A stretch of 64,000 nt of DNA from an uncultured Aliarcobacter sp. (GCA_963677435.1 OY781945.1:800001-864000); one strand, 5' to 3'. Shown: positions 50,761 through 60,562, counted from the first letter of the stretch. The notes: a model not told the origin generated them from the sequence alone. Numbers and translations: made by a program.

Positions 50761-52872
50761 ATGAATATAAAAAATTTTTTTTCAAAAGATTTAATAGTTG
50801 TTGCACTATTTGTTTCAATATTATTGATTATAATCGTACCATTACCAAGAGGAATCTTAGATTTTTTCTTGGTAATTTCATTATCTATATCTTTACTTAT
50901 TTTATTAATATCTTTATATATACAAAAACCATCAGATTTAACAACTTTCCCTACGCTTATTTTAATATTTGCGCTTTTTAGGTTATCTTTAAATATTGCA
51001 ACAACAAGATCCATTTTAAGTGAAGGTCATAATGGTCCGGATGCTGTAAGTACAATCATATCAGCGTTTGGAGAATTTGTTGTTGGTGGGAATATGGTTA
51101 TTGGTATAATTATATTTATTATATTAGTACTTATTAATTTTATGGTTGTAACAAAAGGTGCTACAAGGGTTGCTGAGGTAACTGCTAGATTTACACTTGA
51201 TTCAATGCCTGGTAAACAAATGGCTATTGATGCTGATTTAAATGCTGGTTTTATTGATGATAAACAAGCACAGGAACGAAGAAAAACTCTAATCTCAGAA
51301 GCAAATTTTTATGGAGCAATGGATGGATCTTCTAAGTTCGTAAAAGGTGATGCTGTTGCTGGTATTATTATTACAATCGTAAATTTAATTGGAGGAATAT
51401 TAATTGGTCTTTTTCAACATGATTTATCTATTTCACAAGCTGGAGAAGTATATACAATTTTAACTATTGGAGATGGTTTAGTTGCTCAAATTCCAGCTTT
51501 AATTTTATCAACTGCAACTGCAATCATAATAACTCGTTCTAATATGGATGAAGAGAAATTTGCAAGCCAATCTATTTCTCAATTAATCAATGATAGTAAA
51601 TCTTTAATTTTATTAGGTATTGGATTAGTTCTATTTGGTTTTATACCTGGTTTCCCAACTGGTATTTTAATGGGTATGGGTTTCTTAATGATATTTATAG
51701 GTTATGTAATAAATATGATAAATGACAAGCAAGATAATTCACTTACTCGATTCTTTAAAACGGAAATACTTAAAACAAAAGTTGAAGAAGATGTTAATAT
51801 GCTAAAAGAGAAAAAGAAAAGTATGGCTGTTGCTGATGAATCTCAATCAATTGAAAATATTATGAAACTTGAAGTTTTAGAGTTAAAACTTGGAATTAGA
51901 TTATTACAACTCGTACAAGGAAACTCTGAATTACTTGATAAAATTAGAGCTATAAGAAAAACAATTGCAAGTGAATTAGGTTTTGTAATCCCACAAATTA
52001 GAATTTCAGATGATGCAAATTTAGGACCTAATGAATATCAATTATTCTTAAAAAGAATACCACTGGTAAAAGGCAGAGTTGAAGTTGATAAACTTCTTGC
52101 AATGGGTGGATTGTCAAATGAAAAATTAGTTGGATTAAAAGTTAAAGAACCTGTATTTAATCTTGATGCTACATGGATTGCAAATGATTTAAAAGAAGAA
52201 GCTTTAATGAAAGGATTTACTGTTGTTGATGGTCCTACAATCATCTCAACTCATATTTCTGAAATTATTAAAAAACATGCAGAAGATATTATAACAAGAC
52301 AAGATATTGTTGATATTGTTGAAAGATTGAAAAAAGATTTCCCAATTGTAATTGATGAAGCTATGAAAGTAACTTCTTATGGTTCTTTATTGAAAGTTTG
52401 TAGAGATTTATTACATGAAAAAATTCCAATTATTGATATGTTAACAATTATTGAAGCTGTTGCTGATATTGCAGAATTCACTAAAGCTCCTGAAATTTTA
52501 TTAGAGCATGTAAGAGCAAAACTATATAGACTTATTACTCAAAAATTTAAAGATAATGATGGGGTTTTACATATTGTAACAATCAAACCAGAGCTTGAAC
52601 AACAATTCATTGGTAAACTTCAAGAACATCATGGAGTTTCACAACTTATGATTTCTATTGCAGAGATTAATAATCTAGTAACAAAAACAAAAAAACTTTT
52701 AGATGAAGTTGAAGCAAAAGGTTTCTCAAAAGTAACAATGGTAGTAGACCCTGTTTTAAGAAAAAGAATATCAGAAATTTATGAGAAATTTGGTTTACAA
52801 ATTTCAGTTTTATCTCATGCTGAACTTGATTCAAAAGCAAATTTTGCAATTGAGGGTACATTAGAATTTTAA
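50761..52872 (+). CDS. flhA: Flagellar export protein FlhA
   Basis: RVAEVTARFTLDSMPGKQMAIDADL, FYGAMDG, TIGDGLV. Confidence 0.98.
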   Translation: MNIKNFFSKDLIVVALFVSILLIIIVPLPRGILDFFLVISLSISLLILLISLYIQKPSDLTTFPTLILIFALFRLSLNIATTRSILSEGHNGPDAVSTIISAFGEFVVGGNMVIGIIIFIILVLINFMVVTKGATRVAEVTARFTLDSMPGKQMAIDADLNAGFIDDKQAQERRKTLISEANFYGAMDGSSKFVKGDAVAGIIITIVNLIGGILIGLFQHDLSISQAGEVYTILTIGDGLVAQIPALILSTATAIIITRSNMDEEKFASQSISQLINDSKSLILLGIGLVLFGFIPGFPTGILMGMGFLMIFIGYVINMINDKQDNSLTRFFKTEILKTKVEEDVNMLKEKKKSMAVADESQSIENIMKLEVLELKLGIRLLQLVQGNSELLDKIRAIRKTIASELGFVIPQIRISDDANLGPNEYQLFLKRIPLVKGRVEVDKLLAMGGLSNEKLVGLKVKEPVFNLDATWIANDLKEEALMKGFTVVDGPTIISTHISEIIKKHAEDIITRQDIVDIVERLKKDFPIVIDEAMKVTSYGSLLKVCRDLLHEKIPIIDMLTIIEAVADIAEFTKAPEILLEHVRAKLYRLITQKFKDNDGVLHIVTIKPELEQQFIGKLQEHHGVSQLMISIAEINNLVTKTKKLLDEVEAKGFSKVTMVVDPVLRKRISEIYEKFGLQISVLSHAELDSKANFAIEGTLEF

Positions 52873-52891
52873 AAAAATATAAGGAAAATAT

Positions 52892-53599
52892 ATGAAAATT
52901 TTATGGATTTGTTTATTATTGATTTCATCAATATTTGCAAATGAATATTATGCAAAATTAGAGCCAATAGATAGTTATGAAGTAAAAGCTGCAGTTGCTG
53001 GCAAAATAATATATTCTAATTCTAAAATAGAAGGATTAAAAGCAAATAATTCAACAATTATAGAAATAGATTCACAAGTTAATAAAGTAGAACTTGAACA
53101 ATCAAAAAATAAATTAAAATATATTGATGAAATGTTGCAAATTGAAAAAAATAATTATGATAGATTAAATCAAGTAAGTTCTAAATCAGCCTTTGAAAAA
53201 GATACTCAGAAATTAAAAGTAATTAATTTAGAATCTTCAAAAGCTGATATGATAATAAAAATTGAAACATTAAAAGATACTATTTCTAATAAAAAATTAA
53301 TAGAAAAATCAAATTATATTTATAATATTGCAGTAAAAGATGGAGATTATGTAAATCCAGGAACTCTACTTTATGAAGCAAAAGATTTATCAAAAGGTAA
53401 GTTGGAATTTTTTGTTCCAATAGCTCAAATAGATGAGATTAAAAATAAAGATATTTATTTAGATGGTAAAAAAAGTGATATAAAAATATCAAAAATTTAT
53501 GATGTTGCAGATGCTACAAATATTTCAGCATATAAAGTGGAACTAATAATAGATGATGTAAAAATATTTTCAAGGCTGGTGAAAATTGAATTCAAATAA
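52892..53599 (+). CDS. HlyD/membrane-fusion (periplasmic adaptor)-like protein
   Basis: Signal peptide; lipoyl half-motifs VKAAVAGKI and VKDGDYVNPGTLL flanking a helical hairpin. Confidence 0.8.
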   Translation: MKILWICLLLISSIFANEYYAKLEPIDSYEVKAAVAGKIIYSNSKIEGLKANNSTIIEIDSQVNKVELEQSKNKLKYIDEMLQIEKNNYDRLNQVSSKSAFEKDTQKLKVINLESSKADMIIKIETLKDTISNKKLIEKSNYIYNIAVKDGDYVNPGTLLYEAKDLSKGKLEFFVPIAQIDEIKNKDIYLDGKKSDIKISKIYDVADATNISAYKVELIIDDVKIFSRLVKIEFK

Positions 53600-55292
53600 T
53601 AAAGTAGCATGTCCAATGGACTGCTATGATGCTTGTCAAGGGCAAATGATAGATGGAAATATTAAAGGTTCAAAAGAACATAAAACAACGAATGGAAAGC
53701 TTTGTATAAATTTTGCAAATTTATTAAAAGAAGATAATCTAAAAAAATCTTTTTTTGAAGGCAATGAAATTTCATTAGAAAAATCATTAAATATTTTAGT
53801 TGATAAACTAAAATCAACAACTCCTTCTAAAACACTTTATTATAAAGGAAGTGGAAATATTGGTGTAATGCAAAGTGTTACAAAAAACTTTTTTACTCAA
53901 TATGGAGCAACTTTAACAAGAGGTAGTTTATGTGATGGTGGCGGTGGTGCTGGAATTGAAGCAGGGCGACAAAATGTAATTAATCCACCAATTCAAAAAT
54001 TAATAGATGCTGATGTTATTATTGTTTGGGGAAGAAACTTCACTGTAACTTCTTCTCATATGTATAATTTAGTAAAAGATAAAATATTTATAACAATTGA
54101 TCCTCTTTGTACTGATATTGCAAAAAAATCACAAATACATATGCAAATCAATCCAAAAACTGATTATGAATTAGCATTGCTATTCACAAGATTCGCTCAT
54201 ATGCAAGATTTAGAAAATTCGCAATTTATTGAAGAATTTGGAAGTGGTGCAGATTGGTTTTTTGATATTGCAAGAAATAGGCCACTTGTTTCATATGAAG
54301 CAACAACTGGTATTTCACTCTCACAAGTGTATGAATTTTTTGATTTAATTGTAAATAAAAAAGTTGCTATTGTTTTAGGCCTTGGTGTTCAAAAATATTT
54401 TGAAGGTGCTCAAATTACAAGATGTATTGATTCCTTTGCTGCATATATGGGTTTTCATAAACAAGATGCAGGTGGAGTTTGGTATTTAAGTGATTCAGGA
54501 TTTGGTTATGAAAAACCATTTGAAATAAAAGGAACAAATAAAAAAGTTTCTATTCCTGAAGTTGATTTTTCTTCATATGATTTAGTTTTTATTCAAGGTG
54601 GAGATCCTGTTATTTCACATCCAAATACTCAAAAAGTAATAGATGGATTGAAAAAAACATTTGTTGTTTATTTTGGAACTACATTAAATGCCACTTGTGA
54701 ATATGCAGATTTAATAATTCCATCTTGTTCTTTTTTATCAAAAAGAGATGTTAGATTATCTTATGGACATGAATTAAAATCTATCTCTGATGTGGTAATT
54801 CCAAAAGATGAAAATACAATGAGTGAATATGAATTGACTTCTTATTTAATTGAACAATTTAATCTAAAAGAGTTAAAAAAAGAAGACGAAATTATCTCAT
54901 ATTATGAAAATCATAAACCAAAATTAGAAGATTTTGAAACATTCGATTTTGTAGAAGAGTTAGATATTGAACCTTTATATAAAGAAAAAACAAATGAGAA
55001 TTTTTATTTTATTACAGGAAAAAGTAAAAAATCATTAAATTCTCAATTTACAAATGATGATTTTGTATATTTAAATTCTGCAACAAATTTTAAAAATGGG
55101 GATAGTGTAAGTATATCTTCAAAATACGGAAGTGCAAAATTCATTGTAAAAATAAATGATGATATAAAAAGTAATTGTGCTTTCTTTTTTGCAGGAAATA
55201 AAAATGCTAATTATCTAACTCCTGCAAAAGAAGATGAAAGTTCATTTTCTGCAATATTCCAAGAAGTATTGGTGGAAATTGAACTATCGTAA
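53586..55292 (+). CDS. Molybdopterin-dependent oxidoreductase (DMSO reductase superfamily, unknown substrate)
   Basis: CPMDCYDAC...GKLC Fe-S motif, GSLCDG, IVWGRN, TCEYADLIIP, SLNSQF C-terminal Moco-binding domain. Confidence 0.88.
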   Translation: MNSNNKVACPMDCYDACQGQMIDGNIKGSKEHKTTNGKLCINFANLLKEDNLKKSFFEGNEISLEKSLNILVDKLKSTTPSKTLYYKGSGNIGVMQSVTKNFFTQYGATLTRGSLCDGGGGAGIEAGRQNVINPPIQKLIDADVIIVWGRNFTVTSSHMYNLVKDKIFITIDPLCTDIAKKSQIHMQINPKTDYELALLFTRFAHMQDLENSQFIEEFGSGADWFFDIARNRPLVSYEATTGISLSQVYEFFDLIVNKKVAIVLGLGVQKYFEGAQITRCIDSFAAYMGFHKQDAGGVWYLSDSGFGYEKPFEIKGTNKKVSIPEVDFSSYDLVFIQGGDPVISHPNTQKVIDGLKKTFVVYFGTTLNATCEYADLIIPSCSFLSKRDVRLSYGHELKSISDVVIPKDENTMSEYELTSYLIEQFNLKELKKEDEIISYYENHKPKLEDFETFDFVEELDIEPLYKEKTNENFYFITGKSKKSLNSQFTNDDFVYLNSATNFKNGDSVSISSKYGSAKFIVKINDDIKSNCAFFFAGNKNANYLTPAKEDESSFSAIFQEVLVEIELS

Positions 55293-56460
55293 ACTTTTTA
55301 GAGAGCATAAAATTATAAGGGATTTATCCCTTGTTCAATTTATCTCTTATTTTGGAGCTTGGTTTTCAAATGTAGCTATTTATACTATGCTTGTAAATTT
55401 TGGCTCAACAGAATTTGCAATATCTTTAGTAACTGCTATGCACTTTTTACCTGCAATTTTAATTGCCCCTTTTTCAGGAGCGATTATTGATAGGGTTAAA
55501 ATCAAACCTTTGATGATAAGTCTTATTATTACTGAGTTAGTAATGACCTTATGTTTTTTAGCAATAGATGATAAGAGTCAACTTTGGCTTTTGATGATTT
55601 TTATTTTTATTAGAATGAGTGCTGCTTCTATGTTCTTTTCAACTGAAATGTCACTATTAGCTAAACTATTAAGAGAAAAACCACTACAACTTGCAAATGA
55701 AATCCATTCAATTATTTGGTCATTTACTTATGCTGCTGGTATGGCAATAAGTGGTTTTGTTGTAAATTTATATGGTGTAAAAGTTGCTTTTATGATAGAT
55801 GCTTTTATATTTTTTACAGCTTTAGTAATTTTTATAAATATTGATTTTGTTGTAAAAGCTAGTGTTACAACAGATAAGATTTTTCAACTTATAAAAGATG
55901 GATTTATATATATTAAAAATCATAAGATAATGTTACATTTAATCTTTTTACACTCTTGTGTTGGATTAACTTCATTTGATGCTTTGATTACTATTTTGGC
56001 AAAAAATGAGTATAAATATGTCATCTCTGTTCCTTTAGCAATTGGATTATCAAATGCTGTAAGAGCAGTTGCTTTGATGATAGGACCTATGTTAATATCA
56101 AAATATGTTACCAAACAGAACTTACACTATTTAATGATATTTCAAGGATTAAGCATAATTTTGTGGGGATTTATGCAAGAGAACTTTTATATATCTTTGA
56201 TAGCTTTATTTTTTGTGGGACTAAGTACTACGATTTTATGGTCATTTACCTATGCTTTAATTCAAGATACTTGTGATGAAAGATTTATAGGAAGAGTTAT
56301 TTCTTATAACGACATGTTTTTTATGCTTTCATGTGTAGTAACAACTTTATTTATTGGCTTAATGGCAAGTTTAACTTCTGTAGATATAATAACTATTCTT
56401 TTAGGAGTAGGGTTTTTAGCTTTTGCTTTTTATTACACAAGGATTTTGAAATGGATATAA
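55279..56460 (+). CDS. MFS transporter
   Basis: About 12 TM segments, SGAIIDR motif A; start moved to TTG 55279. Confidence 0.9.
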   Translation: MNYRKLFREHKIIRDLSLVQFISYFGAWFSNVAIYTMLVNFGSTEFAISLVTAMHFLPAILIAPFSGAIIDRVKIKPLMISLIITELVMTLCFLAIDDKSQLWLLMIFIFIRMSAASMFFSTEMSLLAKLLREKPLQLANEIHSIIWSFTYAAGMAISGFVVNLYGVKVAFMIDAFIFFTALVIFINIDFVVKASVTTDKIFQLIKDGFIYIKNHKIMLHLIFLHSCVGLTSFDALITILAKNEYKYVISVPLAIGLSNAVRAVALMIGPMLISKYVTKQNLHYLMIFQGLSIILWGFMQENFYISLIALFFVGLSTTILWSFTYALIQDTCDERFIGRVISYNDMFFMLSCVVTTLFIGLMASLTSVDIITILLGVGFLAFAFYYTRILKWI

Positions 56461-56675
56461 ACGAAAAGATTTTATTGTTAGCAATATTAAAAAAAGAAGT
56501 TGATGAGACTTTAAATGATATTGTTTTAAAACTAGAAAATACAAATTTATTCTCTTTAAAAGAGGGCAAAAAACTTTTAAAAAAACTTAGAAGTGAAGAG
56601 TTTATTACAGATTCATATTTGACTTTAAAAGGTGAAGTTATTGCTAAAAATGTAGAACAAGAATTTAAAATATAA
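56451..56675 (+). CDS. Small hypothetical protein, winged-helix-like
   Basis: 74 aa from ATG 56451; LKKLRSEEFI...LTLKGE resembles the wHTH wing motif. Confidence 0.65.
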   Translation: MDINEKILLLAILKKEVDETLNDIVLKLENTNLFSLKEGKKLLKKLRSEEFITDSYLTLKGEVIAKNVEQEFKI

Positions 56676-56686
56676 AAGGGATATAG

Positions 56687-57250
56687 ATGATTTTAGATTA
56701 TAAAAATATTGACGATTTAAATAGATATAAAATTATGTCAGGAACAGTAATTCCACGACCAATAGCTTGGATAGTTACAGAAGATGATGGTGTTTTAAAT
56801 GCTGCACCTTTTTCATATTTTATTCCTATTTCTTCAAATCCTGCATTATTAATTGTTGCAATTGGGAAAAAAGATGATGGGAGTCCAAAAGATTCACTGG
56901 CAAATATTTTAAAAACTAAAAAAGCAACTATTTGTTTTGTAAATAAGGACAATGTTGATAAAGTGCAAAAATGTGCAATGCCTCTTGGAAAAAATGAAAG
57001 TGAAATTGAAAAGTTTGAAATAGATGTTAAAAATGTAATGGATGGATATCCACCTATGATAGCATCTTCACAAAGTGCAATGTTTTGTGAATATTATGAT
57101 ACATATAAAATTTCAGGAGATACTACCCCTGTTGTTTTGGAATTAAAGTACCAATACATTGAAGATGATAGAATTAATGAAAGAAATCATATAAATGTAG
57201 AAAATCTTGGAAGATGTGGAGTATCTTTTAAAGCTTTAGTTGATTTATAA
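56687..57250 (+). CDS. Flavin reductase family protein
   Basis: YKIMSGTVIPRPIAWI, NAAPFSYF, KDSLANI. Confidence 0.93.
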   Translation: MILDYKNIDDLNRYKIMSGTVIPRPIAWIVTEDDGVLNAAPFSYFIPISSNPALLIVAIGKKDDGSPKDSLANILKTKKATICFVNKDNVDKVQKCAMPLGKNESEIEKFEIDVKNVMDGYPPMIASSQSAMFCEYYDTYKISGDTTPVVLELKYQYIEDDRINERNHINVENLGRCGVSFKALVDL

Positions 57251-57273
57251 TTAAAAGGCATTTGCCTTTTAAT
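57250..57273. terminator. Bidirectional terminator between flavin reductase and mscL
   Basis: ATTAAAAGGC-attt-GCCTTTTAAT between convergent genes. Confidence 0.85.
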
Positions 57274-57281
57274 ATTTTGTT

Positions 57282-57719
57282 TTAAACTGCTGTATTTCCA
57301 CAGTGTCCACATTTCTTTGCAGCAATTGGAATTTCCATTGCACACTCACTACAAACTTTTGTAGTTGGAGCTTTTTCTTCAACAACTTCTTCTTTTTTTA
57401 ATTTGTTATATGATTTTATAAACATAAACATTACAAAACCTAAGATTACAAATGAAATTGTATCATTTACAAATAAACCTAATTTAATTGCAGGAGCTCC
57501 AGCTTTTTCTAGTTCTGCTAAAGTAGCATAAGAATTTCCATCTAAAGAGATAAACAATTGTGAAAAATCAACTCTTCCCAGTAATAATCCAATTGGAGGC
57601 ATTATTACATTTGTTACAAGTGATTTGATTAATGTTGCAAATGCAGCTCCAAAAATAAACCCAACTGCCATGTCAACAACATTACCTTTTATCAGAAAAT
57701 CTCTAAATTCTTTTAACAT
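57282..57719 (-). CDS. mscL: Large-conductance mechanosensitive channel with C-terminal Zn-ribbon
   Basis: MLKEFRDFLIKGNVVDMAVGFIFGAAF; C-terminal CSEC...CGHC. Confidence 0.96.
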   Translation of the reverse strand: MLKEFRDFLIKGNVVDMAVGFIFGAAFATLIKSLVTNVIMPPIGLLLGRVDFSQLFISLDGNSYATLAELEKAGAPAIKLGLFVNDTISFVILGFVMFMFIKSYNKLKKEEVVEEKAPTTKVCSECAMEIPIAAKKCGHCGNTAV

Positions 57720-57941
57720 ATCTTACTCCTAATATTTTTTGAAATTATAATCAAAATATCTTCATTGGCACTAAAGTCATTTTAAGTAAAATTTAATAAC
57801 TCCATTATAATCTACTAAATAGCTTTTAATTTGAAAAATAATTAATAATTTAATTTTTAAAGAGGATAAAGTTTCAAAGAAAATTCTTATTATCAGCTAG
57901 AAAATAAATAATTTAATAGGAATAAGAGATATTTATATTAG

Positions 57942-57999
57942 TTTATATATTTTTATATATTTCTATATAAGTATATATATTTCTATAGAAATATATAGA
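57942..57999. repeat. AT-rich ~10-bp-period array containing a perfect 24-bp palindrome
   Basis: TATATATTTCTATAGAAATATATA (57974-57997); TATATATTTCTATA also at 57954. Confidence 0.6.
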
Positions 58000-58011
58000 T
58001 TTAATTGCAAT

Positions 58012-58034
58012 AAACAAAGCCATAAGCTTTGTTT
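58012..58034 (-). terminator. Terminator after DUF5718-like gene
   Basis: AAACAAAGC-cataa-GCTTTGTTT adjoining the stop codon. Confidence 0.7.
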
Positions 58035-58867
58035 TATTGCACGATTTGATGAAGTTTTGAACATTGTCCTAAATAAGTACCCATTCCACACATATCATTC
58101 ATAATATCCAAGAAACTGTGAGCATGAGCATTATAAACATAAACAAAAATCTCATCACCTTTTTTTAAAAAATTATGTTTCCCAAATTCTGTATATGCAG
58201 TTGCACCAGCTGCTATTAAAATACCTTTAGAATTTTGTGCTTCAGTCATAAATTGTGTTAACTCTTCAAGTGGTCCACAATCTTCTTGGGTATTTAATTT
58301 ATTTATCATCCAATTTTTTAATTGTTCAAAAAAATAGCTATAAGATTTCACAGCACTTGTAGTTCCATAATCATGAACTATTCCATCTCTTTTAATAAAA
58401 GAAGAGATGTGATATTTACTTAAAATTCCTTTTTCAGTAAAGTTATCAATCTCTATAATATCTTGAGAGATTCCTTTTGTATTAATTCCCCAGTTTTTCT
58501 TAGTACTTAATTTTTCTCCATTATTTACCCTAATAGAGCAGTCATTAAAGGCTGAGAAATACTTTGGAATAATATCAACTACTTTTCCATCTTTGTATTC
58601 AAAGTCACAAATTAAAGCAACTTCTGCTTCAACTTGAAGGTTTTCATTTTCTCTTCCATGTGTTAAAATAATTTCATCACAAATTGGATAAGTTCCTAAA
58701 AAACTATTATGGTTTTTTATATAAAAAGGAAACATTCCTTTTGGCGCATCTTTTTCTTCGGTTTTTATTACTGCAAATTCACTAGCTTCTCCCGCTTCAC
58801 CTAAGTGATTAGCAAAATTTCCAGCAACAGCAAAACCTAAATAATCTTTTAAATCATCTAATAACAT
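58034..58867 (-). CDS. DUF5718-like protein with fumarylacetoacetate-hydrolase-fold motifs
   Basis: AGNFANHLGEAG, EAEVAL, FNDCSIR, KKNW, LKKGDEI. Confidence 0.75.
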   Translation of the reverse strand: MLLDDLKDYLGFAVAGNFANHLGEAGEASEFAVIKTEEKDAPKGMFPFYIKNHNSFLGTYPICDEIILTHGRENENLQVEAEVALICDFEYKDGKVVDIIPKYFSAFNDCSIRVNNGEKLSTKKNWGINTKGISQDIIEIDNFTEKGILSKYHISSFIKRDGIVHDYGTTSAVKSYSYFFEQLKNWMINKLNTQEDCGPLEELTQFMTEAQNSKGILIAAGATAYTEFGKHNFLKKGDEIFVYVYNAHAHSFLDIMNDMCGMGTYLGQCSKLHQIVQ

Positions 58868-59010
58868 TTATTTTTCCTATATTATTATCTTTTAAGTGGG
58901 GAAGAATAACATTTATTTTATCTTCTTAAAGTCAAAAATTGAATCTAGTTTGTTGGTATAAGGATTATTTTAGGTAATAGGAAGTGTATAAAGTTATAAG
59001 TTAATACTAA

Positions 59011-59040
59011 AATTACAAAAGGCAAATGCCTTTTGTAATT
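59011..59040 (-). terminator. Terminator after fumarate hydratase
   Basis: AATTACAAAAGGC-aaat-GCCTTTTGTAATT perfect 13-bp stem. Confidence 0.88.
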
Positions 59041-60533
59041 TAGATTGTTCTCCATTTAGCAGGACCAGTAGTGTGAATTGAAGTTCCTTCTGTATCAACT
59101 GCCACAGTTACAGGCATATCTTCAACATCAAATTCATAAATAGCTTCCATTCCCATCTCTTCAAAAGCAAGAACTTTTGCATCTTTAATTGATTGAGAAA
59201 TTAAGTAAGCAGCACCACCCGTTGCAATTAAATACATAGATTTGTATTCTTTAATTAAATCAATAGTTGGTTGTTTTCTTTCAGCTTTTCCAATCATTCC
59301 CATGATTCCAATTTCCATCATGTCTTTAGTAAATTTATCCATTCTTGTAGATGTAGTTGGTCCAGCAGGTCCTACTTTTTCATCTCTAACTGGATCAACA
59401 GGTCCAACATAATAAATGAATCTGTCTTTTAAATCAACACCATTTGGAAGAGGTTTACCAGCATTTTTGTACTCAACTATTTTTTTATGCGCTGCATCTC
59501 TAGCAGTTAAAATTTTTCCAGTTAATAATAATGTATCACCTGATTTAAATTGAGATAAGTTCTCTTTAGTTAAATCTGCAATATTTACTTTTTTAATACT
59601 ATCTAATGGTAATTTTACATCTGGCCATAAATCTAAATTAGGTTTTTTAAATTTAGCTACACCCTCACCAGCTTTTAGTTTAAAGTGAATATGTCTAGTA
59701 GCTGCACAGTTAGGAATCATTGCAACTGGTAAAGAAGCAGCGTGACAAGGATAATCTAAGATTTTAACATCAACAACAGTTGTTAATCCTCCAAGACCTT
59801 GTGCACCAATTCCAACCTTATTAATATCAGTATAAAGTCTTAATCTTAACTCTTCTAAAGCATTTTGAGGACCTCTTGCTTGAAGTTCATGAATATCAAC
59901 ATGACCCATTAAAGACTCTTTTGCTAATAACATTGCTTTTTCAGGATTTCCACCAATACCAATACCTAAAATTCCAGGAGGACACCATCCAGCTCCCATT
60001 TCTCTAACATTTGCCATAACCCAGTCATAAATTGAATCTGATGGATTTAATACTGCAAATTTAGATTTGTTTTCACTTCCTCCACCTTTTGCTGCAACTG
60101 TAATATCTAATTCATCAGAATTATCAACAGTTACATGAATAACAGCAGGAGTATTATCTTTAGTATTTGTTCTTTTTCCAGCAGGATCTGAAACAACAGA
60201 ATATCTTAAAGTATTATCAGGATCAGTATATCCTTTTGCCACACCTTCATTTAATACATCAACTAACTCTTTAGTTAATTCTAAGTTAGCTTTTAATCCA
60301 ACTCTAACAAAAATATTTACAGATCCAGTATCTTGACATAAAGGTCTGTGACCTAATGCACACATTTTAGAGTTTATTAAAATTTGTCCAATTGCATTTT
60401 TAGCAGCTTCTGATTTTTCATTTTCATAAGCTTCAACCATAGCTGTTACAAAGTCTTCTGGGTGAAAATATGAAATATATTGACAGGCATCTGCAATACT
60501 ATCTATTATATCTTGTTGTTTTATTACGCTCAT
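59040..60533 (-). CDS. fumA: Class I (Fe-S) fumarate hydratase, possible mesaconase
   Basis: RPLCQDTG, KGGGSENKS, GWCPPG, CAATRH, ARDAAH, AGPTTSTRMD. Confidence 0.93.
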   Translation of the reverse strand: MSVIKQQDIIDSIADACQYISYFHPEDFVTAMVEAYENEKSEAAKNAIGQILINSKMCALGHRPLCQDTGSVNIFVRVGLKANLELTKELVDVLNEGVAKGYTDPDNTLRYSVVSDPAGKRTNTKDNTPAVIHVTVDNSDELDITVAAKGGGSENKSKFAVLNPSDSIYDWVMANVREMGAGWCPPGILGIGIGGNPEKAMLLAKESLMGHVDIHELQARGPQNALEELRLRLYTDINKVGIGAQGLGGLTTVVDVKILDYPCHAASLPVAMIPNCAATRHIHFKLKAGEGVAKFKKPNLDLWPDVKLPLDSIKKVNIADLTKENLSQFKSGDTLLLTGKILTARDAAHKKIVEYKNAGKPLPNGVDLKDRFIYYVGPVDPVRDEKVGPAGPTTSTRMDKFTKDMMEIGIMGMIGKAERKQPTIDLIKEYKSMYLIATGGAAYLISQSIKDAKVLAFEEMGMEAIYEFDVEDMPVTVAVDTEGTSIHTTGPAKWRTI

Positions 60534-60562
60534 TTGTTTCCTTTTTGCTTAGAAATTTTAAT

